Made by a program: the position numbers and the translations under genes. This document shows positions 18,184-26,018 of a stretch of DNA of 64,000 nt, piece after piece. Source of the DNA: an uncultured virus (IMG/VR IMGVR_UViG_3300050505_000328) (Duplodnaviria; Heunggongvirae; Uroviricota; Caudoviricetes); IMG/VR virus record IMGVR_UViG_3300050505_000328; one strand, given 5' to 3'. Within the stretch, counting starts at the first letter, position 1. Each line of letters opens with the position of its first letter. The notes under the pieces are model-generated. The model was not told the DNA's origin. It worked only from the letters and a program-made list of their open reading frames with translations, and ran no database searches.

Positions 18184-18806
18184 GCGTGCAGTGGGTGAAG
18201 CGCGGCGCGCGAGTGCAGTGGCTCGGAGCGGCGACGGTCGAACTCTTCCAGCCGACCAAGACGCTCGACGACCTCGTGCCCGCGGTGCGACCCAAGGTCG
18301 AGGCGCTGATCGCGTACGCCACCGCGCACGGCTGGTCGCCGAAGATCCGTTCCGTAGGTCGCACGTGCTCGGCGCAGCAGGAGCAGGTCGACCTCGGCTA
18401 TTCGCAGGCGGACTTCTGCCGCTCGATGCACACGCTCGGTCACGCGATCGACCTCGACCTCATCCCGAACACGTGCGAGACGCACACGAAGCTCGGCGAG
18501 TGGTGGGAATCGCAAGGCGGCGTGTGGGGCGGGCGCTGGAAGCAATTCGGCGCGTGCGGCGACATGGGCCACTACCACTTCGGGTTCAACGGCGCGCAGG
18601 CCGTGCCGACCTCGGTCTGCCCGAGCGGCGTCACGTACGAGCAGTGCGTGAAGGTCAGGCAGGAGTACCTGGAGAAGGCTTTCGCCGGTGCGGGCGCGAC
18701 GGGGCCGGGAGGTTCGGGCATGGGCATACTCTCGGGACTAGCGATCGTCGCCGTCGGCGTCGGGATCGTGTGGGCGACCGTGCGAGTGAAGCCGGGTGCT
18801 CGATGA
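18180..18806 (+). CDS. Membrane-anchored M15-family peptidoglycan peptidase
   Basis: R-T...Q, SMHTLGHAID, WGGRW, DMGH motifs; VQWVKR..VQWLG leader; TM. Confidence 0.85.
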   Translation: MSVQWVKRGARVQWLGAATVELFQPTKTLDDLVPAVRPKVEALIAYATAHGWSPKIRSVGRTCSAQQEQVDLGYSQADFCRSMHTLGHAIDLDLIPNTCETHTKLGEWWESQGGVWGGRWKQFGACGDMGHYHFGFNGAQAVPTSVCPSGVTYEQCVKVRQEYLEKAFAGAGATGPGGSGMGILSGLAIVAVGVGIVWATVRVKPGAR

Positions 18807-19627
18807 CCGACGGCGTGCTGTTCCTGAAGGCGACGCCTCCCTCGAAGGTCGCTTGGCCCGCCGGCACGAAGCTCGTGGGGCTCGACCCCGCCTCGCTCGG
18901 GTTCGTGTGCGGCGGCGAGGACAAGTACTGCTCGACGGCGTACGCGAACTTCTACAGCTCGTTCAAGGACGGCTCCGGCCGCGTCACGCCCAACATCCGC
19001 AAGAAGTACGGCATCGACGGCAAGCTCGTCTTCGTGAGCTACTCGGCGGGCCTCGGGTTCGTAAGCCCTCTTCTCAACAACGACGCGGACCGCGGCGACG
19101 TCGCCGGCGTCGTGCTCATGGACTCGACGTTCGGCTCCGGTTACACCGGCTACCAGAAGGCGGCGAAGGACGCCGCGGCGGGCAAGTTCAATCTCGTGAG
19201 TGTGACGAGCGACAAGGGCTCCACCGACTCGCACATGAACGGCGACTACGCCTTCCGCGAGGCCGTGCTCAAGCCCGCCGGCCTGATCGATCTGCCGGCC
19301 GCGAGCGCCGTCCCTCCGATGCCGAAGCCGGGCGAGGGCGTCTTCAACCAGGGAGCGCTCTGGTACTACCGCTACAAGGACGCGGAGTACCCGCACCAGT
19401 CGCTGGGCAAGCTCCTCGCGCCGGTCAGCGAGGCGCACGTCCTGCCCTGGCTGTCGGGCGCGTCGGTCAGCAGTGGGGCAGCCAGCGGCACGTCGCCGCT
19501 TCTGACGCTCGGCGTGATTGCCGGGCTCGCCGGCGGCGCCTATCTTGTTACGCGTGAGCGACCCAAAGTCCGAGCTAATCCGACGCGCCGAGGGCGCGAT
19601 AGTCGACGCCGTCGTCGCGTGGGCTGA
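18803..19627 (+). CDS. Membrane-anchored alpha/beta-hydrolase-like protein
   Basis: FVSYSAG nucleophile-elbow-like motif, VVLMDS, late His; TM; VRANP + Arg tail. Confidence 0.6.
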   Translation: MTDGVLFLKATPPSKVAWPAGTKLVGLDPASLGFVCGGEDKYCSTAYANFYSSFKDGSGRVTPNIRKKYGIDGKLVFVSYSAGLGFVSPLLNNDADRGDVAGVVLMDSTFGSGYTGYQKAAKDAAAGKFNLVSVTSDKGSTDSHMNGDYAFREAVLKPAGLIDLPAASAVPPMPKPGEGVFNQGALWYYRYKDAEYPHQSLGKLLAPVSEAHVLPWLSGASVSSGAASGTSPLLTLGVIAGLAGGAYLVTRERPKVRANPTRRGRDSRRRRRVG

Positions 19628-19757
19628 GAAGAAACCGTGGCAGGCAGGACCCATCACGCCGTTCGAGGAGGAGCTCAAGGGCCTCGCCTACGACCTCGAG
19701 CGCGCCCGCCGCGTCACCGGTCAGATCCGCATCCCCGCGAAAAAGCAAGAGGAATGA
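19554..19757 (+). CDS. Small hypothetical protein overlapping the upstream gene by 74 nt
   Basis: Plausible helical protein; fills the gap up to 19757. Confidence 0.4.
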   Translation: MSDPKSELIRRAEGAIVDAVVAWAEKKPWQAGPITPFEEELKGLAYDLERARRVTGQIRIPAKKQEE

Positions 19758-19767
19758 GTGTGGTAGG

Positions 19768-20049
19768 ATGTCAAGAGTGAAACTTCCAGCCCTGCTCGGC
19801 GCCTATCTCTTTACGATGGGTGTGCTGTACGGACTCACCGGCGCGAGCGCGGGTTGCGGCGCGACATCGCAGGAGCCGTGCACGGAGGCCGACCTCGGCA
19901 AGGTCGTCGCCGCGCACGAGGCGCGGCTCGCGATGAAGTGCGTGGGCCAGGGACCGGACTGCCCCGAGCGCAAGGCGGAGGACGCGCGGTTCAAGGAGGA
20001 GATCCGGACCTGGGTCCGCTGCGACAAGGAAAGTGAGCCACCGCGATGA
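19768..20049 (+). CDS. Putative lipoprotein (possible lysis accessory)
   Basis: Hydrophobic signal ending SAG-C lipobox; start may be GTG 19777. Confidence 0.55.
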   Translation: MSRVKLPALLGAYLFTMGVLYGLTGASAGCGATSQEPCTEADLGKVVAAHEARLAMKCVGQGPDCPERKAEDARFKEEIRTWVRCDKESEPPR

Positions 20050-20300
20050 GCGTGCCCGTACCGATCCAACCGAACCTGCTCCCGCTCGTGAACCTGCTCA
20101 CGACGCTCGCGGAGACCGAGCCCGTCGTCGCCGACCACATCGCGCCGATCATGGTCGACATGTTCGACTTCGCCATGACGAGCGGCAAGGTCGTCGACCC
20201 CAAGATGTGGGTGCGCGCGTTGAAGGGCGCCGTCGCGTATATCGAGACGAACCACCTCGACGACGAGTGGCTCGCGCGCACGCCGATCAACAAGGAGTGA
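20046..20300 (+). CDS. Hypothetical protein
   Basis: ATGA coupling. Confidence 0.55.
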   Translation: MSVPVPIQPNLLPLVNLLTTLAETEPVVADHIAPIMVDMFDFAMTSGKVVDPKMWVRALKGAVAYIETNHLDDEWLARTPINKE

Positions 20301-20806
20301 TCGTGGTCGACTGGATCACACCCGGTGACTTCGTTCCGCCGCCCGCGCCGCCGGCGGACATACTCCGCGCGCCCGAGGACGCGGGAGACGGCCGACTCGG
20401 CCTGCCGCGCGGGTTCGTCGCAGCCGGCAACGGGCTGCCCTGCGACGCGAGTTCGAGCGCGTTCGTGCGCGGCATCCTGATCGACACCGTGCTCTACAAC
20501 TCGATGTCGCCCGAGCAGCGACTCGCGCTGCAGGACCCGAACGTGCGCCCGCGTTGGCGCTTGTACGGAGGCCCGCTCAGCACGCGCGACCTCGCTCAGC
20601 AATGGGATCAGTTCTTATTCTTCTGGGCCTTCAACAACAACAAGACGTGGATCTCGCACGGCGAGGTGTGCATCGCGCCGCCGTGGGCCGTCTCGTGGCC
20701 GCCGGACTCGAGCATGCAGTGGAACTGGGAGTGGGACAACGGTGACCGCGTCGCGAGCCGCTACTGGGACCCGAACCAGGGCAAGAACGTCGTCGTGGTG
20801 ACGTGA
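20297..20806 (+). CDS. Trp-rich hypothetical protein
   Basis: GTGA coupling, AAGGAG RBS; N-terminal VDWITP resembles the W leader. Confidence 0.55.
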   Translation: MIVVDWITPGDFVPPPAPPADILRAPEDAGDGRLGLPRGFVAAGNGLPCDASSSAFVRGILIDTVLYNSMSPEQRLALQDPNVRPRWRLYGGPLSTRDLAQQWDQFLFFWAFNNNKTWISHGEVCIAPPWAVSWPPDSSMQWNWEWDNGDRVASRYWDPNQGKNVVVVT

Positions 20807-21633
20807 TGGGCATCCACGCCGACGAGAAGGTGTTCATCGACCTCGGGTTCAACCGGAACTTCGGGCGCCCGCCGTCGTTGGTCGAGTCGCAGGTCTGCCA
20901 GGGCGTCGACTTTCTCGAGACGCGCTACGGACGAGGCTGGAGCAGCGTCGAGGGCAGGATCTCGAGGAACCGCGGGGCCGTGCAAGCCGGCGTGCCCCCG
21001 TGCGACGCGCAGACCTCGTTCCTCTACAAGGACACGCACCCGAACGCGGACGGCACGTCCACGACGTACTCGGTCTGCTTCCGTAGCTACAGCAACGACG
21101 TCGACGCCTGCGCGGACATGGAGCGCTACATCGTCGGCACGGCGAGCAAGCCGAAGAACAACGTGCTCGATGCCTGCGCGCGCGGCGACCTCTGGGGCGT
21201 CAGCTCCGGCATGCACGCGAACCACTACTATGAGGGCTTTGGCAAGACGGTCGCCGATCGCATCACGAACCACATGAAAGCGCTCTCCGCCGCGATCAAG
21301 CGCCGCTGCGACGAGCTCGGCGAGCCGTTCCCGAGCGGCCAGCCCACGGTCGTGCAGAAACTCAAGCGCGTCGCGCAGGGCGTCTTCAACGCGCCGAAGC
21401 AGCCGACGCTGCGCCGCGGCTCGTTCGGCACCGCCGTGAAGGACTGGCAGCGCTTCCTCGGCATCGTCGCGGACGGCGCCTTCGGACCGCTCACCGAGCT
21501 CGCCACGATCGCGTGGCAGGGCAAGCACAAGGACGTCGTCACGGGCGAGGCACTCAAAGTGGACGGGGTGGTAGGGGCGAAGACGTGGGCCGCGGCAGAG
21601 GTCGAGGCAGCGACGCTCCCCGAGGCCGCGTGA
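20803..21633 (+). CDS. Endolysin: lysozyme/glucosaminidase-like N-terminus + PG_binding_1 domain
   Basis: PTLRRGSFGTAVKDWQRFL..ADGAFGPLT...LKVDGVVGAKTW; N-terminal LETRYG...N.GA. Confidence 0.78.
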   Translation: MMGIHADEKVFIDLGFNRNFGRPPSLVESQVCQGVDFLETRYGRGWSSVEGRISRNRGAVQAGVPPCDAQTSFLYKDTHPNADGTSTTYSVCFRSYSNDVDACADMERYIVGTASKPKNNVLDACARGDLWGVSSGMHANHYYEGFGKTVADRITNHMKALSAAIKRRCDELGEPFPSGQPTVVQKLKRVAQGVFNAPKQPTLRRGSFGTAVKDWQRFLGIVADGAFGPLTELATIAWQGKHKDVVTGEALKVDGVVGAKTWAAAEVEAATLPEAA

Positions 21634-21998
21634 CGCTGTGGCTGACAAGCCTAAGCTTCCTCCAAACGCCGGACGGTATCGCGTCGGGGGCGGAGAAGCT
21701 GGCGACGTCCGGCCTGCCGGGCCTCGCAATCGTCGTCCTGGCGAGCGTCGTGGTCTGGCTAACGATGAAACTTCTGTCCGAGAAGCAGGCGAGACTCGAC
21801 GACGCGAAGGCGAACACGGGCGAGATGTTGAAGCTAGCGGACAAGACGAACGCCGTCGTGGTCCAGGTGACCGGGGAATTGACGACGTCGCGCGAGACGC
21901 TGAAGCTCGTCTCCGAAAAGCTGGAAGAGACGACTCAGGCACTGAACGAGTCGAACGAGATCATGAGGACGCTCAAGGAGCAGCGAATGAGGAGGTGA
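21630..21998 (+). CDS. Holin-like protein (1 TM + coiled coil)
   Basis: Coupled to the endolysin; GLAIVVLASVVVWL followed by a heptad-rich helix. Confidence 0.5.
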   Translation: MTLWLTSLSFLQTPDGIASGAEKLATSGLPGLAIVVLASVVVWLTMKLLSEKQARLDDAKANTGEMLKLADKTNAVVVQVTGELTTSRETLKLVSEKLEETTQALNESNEIMRTLKEQRMRR

Positions 21999-22258
21999 TG
22001 GACATGGCAACGGACCCGGCTCTTGAATTACCCGACCCATTCCCCTCGGTGAGGCCGATCATTCCGGTCGACGAAGAAGACGAGGACGACCCCGTCACGT
22101 CCGAGGTGCAGGCGATCCGCGAGACGGACCCGCACGAGGCGATGAAGCTAGCGCGTCAGAAGATCCGAGCGAGCTCCCAAAAAATGGAGCGGGTCTCGCA
22201 GAAGTTGACGCCGAGCGGCGTCCAGAAAGTGCCCGACCCAAAGAAAAAAACGGACTAG
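21998..22258 (+). CDS. Hypothetical protein
   Basis: GGAGGT RBS; TGATG coupling. Confidence 0.55.
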   Translation: MDMATDPALELPDPFPSVRPIIPVDEEDEDDPVTSEVQAIRETDPHEAMKLARQKIRASSQKMERVSQKLTPSGVQKVPDPKKKTD

Positions 22259-22267
22259 ACTCCGGCC

Positions 22268-22564
22268 GTGGGCAAGCGACGCAAGGACAGCGACCGCTTC
22301 AAACTCGAGCGGCTGAAGCAGCCGGAGGCGCACCGCGACACGCTCTGCCCGTGCGACCCGTGCGGCGGGCGCGGTCACCGGGCCGTCAAGCGAGTCGTGG
22401 AGGTCGACGGCGCCTACCGGACCGTGGACGTGAACCTCGGTTGCAAGTGGTGCAGCGGCACGGGCTCGGTCACGAAGGCGGTGGCGCACGCTTTCGCGCG
22501 CTGGGTGCGCATCCTGCGCCGGAACCGCGCCGCGGGGCTGTGCCCGGCCGCGGATAAGGAGTAG
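22268..22564 (+). CDS. DnaJ-type zinc-finger protein
   Basis: CDPCGGRG and CKWCSGTG. Confidence 0.65.
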   Translation: MGKRRKDSDRFKLERLKQPEAHRDTLCPCDPCGGRGHRAVKRVVEVDGAYRTVDVNLGCKWCSGTGSVTKAVAHAFARWVRILRRNRAAGLCPAADKE

Positions 22565-22574
22565 ACTCCGGGTC

Positions 22575-22868
22575 ATGGCTAGCAAGCACCTCAGTCTCCT
22601 GAAAGCGGCCGGTGGCGAGATCTCGCTCCACTCGCCGCTCGGTCGCCACTACATGCGCGCCGCGCTGCTCGACACGCACCTCCTGCCCGACGCCGCCGCG
22701 CTCCACTCCTCGGCGATGTCCGTCGGTGGTCAGCAGTCGCTCCACTCCAAGGTCGGGCGCTTCATCACACGCACCGCCGCGCTCGGGACCGACACGGGCG
22801 AGTTCCGCACGGTCGACGGCGAGCAGAGTCTCCGCTCGGCGCTCGGCGCGTTCTACACGCCGACCTGA
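22575..22868 (+). CDS. Small protein built from SLH(S) repeats
   Basis: GGEISLHSPLG, AALHSSAM, GGQQSLHSKVG, DGEQSLRSALG. Confidence 0.7.
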   Translation: MASKHLSLLKAAGGEISLHSPLGRHYMRAALLDTHLLPDAAALHSSAMSVGGQQSLHSKVGRFITRTAALGTDTGEFRTVDGEQSLRSALGAFYTPT

Positions 22869-22870
22869 TC

Positions 22871-23041
22871 GTGCTGCTCTACGGTAACGGCAGTCACGAG
22901 GGCCCGCACGAGCCGGGCCCCGATGAACCCCAGCGCCCGACAGGGAAGGTGCGCTGGCTGGGCTTCGTGAATCACGAGCAGAAGAAGTACGAGGTCGCGG
23001 TCGACGACGCCGGCGTGTTCTGGGCTCGCCCTTTGACGTGA
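22871..23041 (+). CDS. 56-aa ORF containing VRWLG (below the ORF-track cutoff)
   Basis: Translated by hand: VLLYGNG...GKVRWLGFVNHEQKKYEVAVDDAGVFWARPLT*; fills the gap exactly. Confidence 0.55.
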   Translation: MLLYGNGSHEGPHEPGPDEPQRPTGKVRWLGFVNHEQKKYEVAVDDAGVFWARPLT

Positions 23042-23042
23042 G

Positions 23043-23597
23043 TCACGACCAGAGCGTGTCGGCGATCGTCTGCGCCCACATGTAGTAGCCCTTCGGCGTC
23101 GCGTGGATCTTGTCGCGCAGCATCGGGAGAGGTCCTGGGTCGATCGGGAAGACGCCGGTGACTTGCTTGACGGCGTCGCGCAGGTACGTCGTGTCGAACT
23201 TCATCGGCGGGGGCAGGAGCCACGACACGCTCACGCCGCTCTCGGACACCAGGCGCCGGATGTCGTCCGCGAGGCGCGGTCGCTCCGAGCGCGTGCAGTT
23301 CGTGCCGAGCGAGACCAGGAGCAGCGTCGCGTCCGGGTACTTCGCGAGCACCTCTCGCTGCACCCACTTCTTGACGAGCCACTGCCGCACGCTCGACCCG
23401 CCGTGCGCGACCACCGCGACGCGCCTGTCGTAGGCGTGCGCGACATCATGGAAGGCGCGGTTCATCATGTAGGCGTGGCTGTCGCCGATGAGCACGGTCC
23501 CGTCGACCGGCGGCGCGGCGACTCCCCGACTAGGGATCAGCGACGCCGTGCCGAGCAGGAAGGACCGGCGGGAGATCTCGATCACGATCGCCACCAC
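23043..23597 (-). CDS. SGNH/GDSL esterase with twin-arginine (Tat) signal
   Basis: SRRSFLL; IGDSH, SLGTN, DKIH. Confidence 0.82.
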   Translation of the reverse strand: MVAIVIEISRRSFLLGTASLIPSRGVAAPPVDGTVLIGDSHAYMMNRAFHDVAHAYDRRVAVVAHGGSSVRQWLVKKWVQREVLAKYPDATLLLVSLGTNCTRSERPRLADDIRRLVSESGVSVSWLLPPPMKFDTTYLRDAVKQVTGVFPIDPGPLPMLRDKIHATPKGYYMWAQTIADTLWS

Positions 23598-23713
23598 AGT
23601 ATCGTCAGCGACAGCATGAGCGAGATCGCGAACGCCAGGAGGACGATGCCCGCGACCGTGCAGCCCTCGTTGAGCAGCACGTCGCGGAACCGGTCGTCAC
23701 GCGGAGGGGGCAT
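23582..23713 (-). CDS. 43-aa single-TM protein
   Basis: Translated by hand: MPPPRDDRFRDVLLNEGCTVAGIVLLAFAISLMLSLTILWWRS*. Confidence 0.45.
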   Translation of the reverse strand: MPPPRDDRFRDVLLNEGCTVAGIVLLAFAISLMLSLTILWWRS

Positions 23714-24440
23714 CGGGGTCCCTCATCGCCGCCCGCACCTTCGGCAGGACCTTGCGGAACATCGCGGCGCGGATCGGTGCCTGCTTGAACGTCGACGACC
23801 CCGCGTAGGACGTCGCCACGCACTCGGGCCAGCTCGCTGCCGCGCGGCAGTTGCCGCGACTCGAGCTGATGATCTTGACCGCCTCGCGGCTCGCCTCGAA
23901 CACGTGCATCTCGCCGTCGCCGACTATCTCGCGGACGCGCTCGTTGGTCGCGACCTTCACCTGGAAGACCGTGTTCGACGTGAACACGACGAGGCCCCAC
24001 TTGGTCCTGCGCTCGACGCCGACCAGCGCCGGGGGCGCGTACCCGGACCGGAAGAGCTGCCCGTCGCAGCCGATCTGCGACGGCGCCGGACCCCACACGG
24101 CGCACCGGCCGGCCTGCACCTCCGGGTCGAGCTTGGACTCGAACCACCCGAGCGTCAGGGCGAACGCGGCGACCTCCTCGGCCGGCCCCGGCCACTTGCG
24201 CCGGCACTCGGAGTCGGCGGCGTAGTCCCCCTCGCAGGTGGCCTCCTGGGCCGCGCTGGCGAGCCCGCCGGCGAGCTTGCCCAGGAACGCGGCGCGCTCC
24301 ACGGCGGCCGTCTCGGCCTTGTCCGGGGGCGCGTACGGCGCGGGGAGCGCCTGGGCGACCACGAACAGGGCCCGGCTGAGCGGGGTCGCGGCCGCGGGCC
24401 ACGCGAGCAAGAAGACGAAGAGGAAGAGCAGGTATCTCAT
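23697..24440 (-). CDS. Secreted Cys-containing protein, possibly lysozyme-like
   Basis: Sec signal MRYLLFLFVFLLAWPAAA; 'GWFESKL' resembles an ES motif. Confidence 0.6.
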   Translation of the reverse strand: MRYLLFLFVFLLAWPAAATPLSRALFVVAQALPAPYAPPDKAETAAVERAAFLGKLAGGLASAAQEATCEGDYAADSECRRKWPGPAEEVAAFALTLGWFESKLDPEVQAGRCAVWGPAPSQIGCDGQLFRSGYAPPALVGVERRTKWGLVVFTSNTVFQVKVATNERVREIVGDGEMHVFEASREAVKIISSSRGNCRAAASWPECVATSYAGSSTFKQAPIRAAMFRKVLPKVRAAMRDPDAPSA

Positions 24441-24499
24441 CGCGGCACGGTAGCCCCGAGCAGTTTTCGCGGCAACCGTCGCTGGATTCCACACCGTCG

Positions 24500-24539
24500 T
24501 TGACAATCTGTGCGCATATTGCACATACTGCGCACAGAT
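24500..24539 (+). promoter_or_regulatory. Sigma70-like promoter with overlapping palindromic operator
   Basis: TTGACA(24500)-18-CATACT; perfect 11-bp inverted repeat ATCTGTGCGCA(24506-16)/TGCGCACAGAT(24529-39). Confidence 0.7.
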
Positions 24540-24705
24540 GTCGACCGAGAAGTGGACCGAGATCGAGATCCGGCGCGTCGCCGCCGAGTCGCTGGTCGAC
24601 GTCCGCACCGTCCGCAAGTACGTGGCCGGTGAGAAAGTGCGAGCGTCGGTCGTCGAGCGCATCAAGATGGCGGCGCAGCAGTTGAAGTTGAGGATTCACG
24701 CGTGA
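24538..24705 (+). CDS. 55-aa LacI/Cro-like HTH regulator (below the ORF-track cutoff)
   Basis: MSTEKWTEIEIRRVAAESLVDVRTVRKYVAGEKVRASVVERIKMAAQQLKLRIHA*; stop overlaps the next GTG. Confidence 0.72.
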   Translation: MSTEKWTEIEIRRVAAESLVDVRTVRKYVAGEKVRASVVERIKMAAQQLKLRIHA

Positions 24706-25061
24706 AGAAGCCCAAGCGAAAGAAGAACGGGCAGAGCGTGCGTCGCAAGCCGACGCCGGAGAAACCAAAGCGCGAGCCGAGCGAGCTGGAACTCCTGATC
24801 GCGCGCGGCATCGGCCGCGCCGTCGACTTCGCCGACAAGACGCTCGAGGTAGTCGAGCGCGACCCTGAGCGTGCCGTCGTCAGCGTCGAGCGCTTCCTGG
24901 AGGGCGTCGGCAAGATCGGCGACTTCGTGAAGAAGAACCCCGAGCGCGCGAAGGCCATCGCCGGCGGGCTCGCGGCGGAGGGCGTGAACCGGATCGGGTA
25001 CGCCGTGATCGCGGCCAGCGCGCGCCAGGCACGCAAGAAGCTCAAGGAGCAGAAGTCGTGA
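24702..25061 (+). CDS. Hypothetical protein
   Basis: Coupled ORF. Confidence 0.6.
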   Translation: MKKPKRKKNGQSVRRKPTPEKPKREPSELELLIARGIGRAVDFADKTLEVVERDPERAVVSVERFLEGVGKIGDFVKKNPERAKAIAGGLAAEGVNRIGYAVIAASARQARKKLKEQKS

Positions 25062-25510
25062 TCCGCGAGGCGCTCTTCTGGGCTTGGCTCGGCGGCGTGG
25101 TCGGCTTCACCGCGGCAGCCTCGAACACGGTGGAGATCCAGGCCGGTCTCCGCCGGACGATCCACCTGACGAAGGGCATGCGCTGGCCGCTGCGCTGGGC
25201 GTCGCGGGGCACGAACTACCTGGTCATGACGCTCGGCATGCTCGCGTGGCCGCTGCTCGTGGTCGTCCGGTTCACCGTCGGCGACTGGCTCGCCGACTTC
25301 ATCAACCGGAAGTACGACCGCGTGGACGTGTACTGCAACGTCTGCGGCCTGAAGGATCGCGTGAGCGTCCCGAAGAGGTCCACTTCTTGGACGAGCGTCC
25401 CGCACGAGTGGCTGATCAGCTCGAAGTTCGAGCTGGCCTGCTCGGCCGCGTGCGCGCACCACCTCGACCACTGCCCGGCGCACCCCGCGTCGGAGAACCA
25501 CCTGCACTGA
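25058..25510 (+). CDS. Membrane protein with C-terminal Cys/His zinc-finger-like motif
   Basis: Two hydrophobic segments; CNVC...CSAAC. Confidence 0.6.
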   Translation: MIREALFWAWLGGVVGFTAAASNTVEIQAGLRRTIHLTKGMRWPLRWASRGTNYLVMTLGMLAWPLLVVVRFTVGDWLADFINRKYDRVDVYCNVCGLKDRVSVPKRSTSWTSVPHEWLISSKFELACSAACAHHLDHCPAHPASENHLH

Positions 25511-25523
25511 AAGGAAGAGCGAC

Positions 25524-25814
25524 ATGAACCTGAGACCACTGCACGACCGCGTGCTCATCGAGCGCGTGAAGAACGAGGACAAGACTTCTGGCGGGATCAT
25601 CATCCCGGACATAGCGAAGGAGAAGCCGATCGAGGGCGTGGTCGTCGCCGTCGGACGCGGCAAGACGTTCGACAACGGGAAGCTCCGCGAGCCGTGCGTG
25701 AAGCCGGGCGACCGCGTCATGTTCGGCAAGTGGGCGGGCAACGAGCTCAAGCTCGACGGCCGCGAGCTGCTCGCAGTGCTCGAGGAAGACGTGCTCCTGG
25801 TGATCGAGGACTGA
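25524..25814 (+). CDS. groES: Co-chaperonin GroES
   Basis: LRPLHDRVLIE, KTSGGIIIPD, GVVVAVGRG, VKPGDRVMFGKWAG. Confidence 0.95.
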   Translation: MNLRPLHDRVLIERVKNEDKTSGGIIIPDIAKEKPIEGVVVAVGRGKTFDNGKLREPCVKPGDRVMFGKWAGNELKLDGRELLAVLEEDVLLVIED

Positions 25815-25817
25815 GCC

Positions 25818-26006
25818 GTGGGGAAGCCGCGAGCCAGGAAGTGGGAGAAGGCAGACAGGGAGAAGCACCGCGACGCGCGCCGGTTCATCGACTTGATCCG
25901 CGAAGTGTTCCGGCTCGAACCTCTGTACGGCGCTAAGAACATGACGCGGGGCAATCGCAAGTACGGGGTGGCAAAGAGGTTCGTGCAGGACTCGGTTCAA
26001 CTCTGA
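25818..26006 (+). CDS. Small basic hypothetical protein
   Basis: Fills the gap in the operon. Confidence 0.45.
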   Translation: MGKPRARKWEKADREKHRDARRFIDLIREVFRLEPLYGAKNMTRGNRKYGVAKRFVQDSVQL

Positions 26007-26018
26007 AGGAGGAAGACG

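Noticed and set aside
11507..18230. WLG leaders as RiPP/bacteriocin double-glycine leaders
   Set aside because: Downstream parts are TM-anchored enzymes and domains; no C39 peptidase-ABC transporter or modifying enzymes seen
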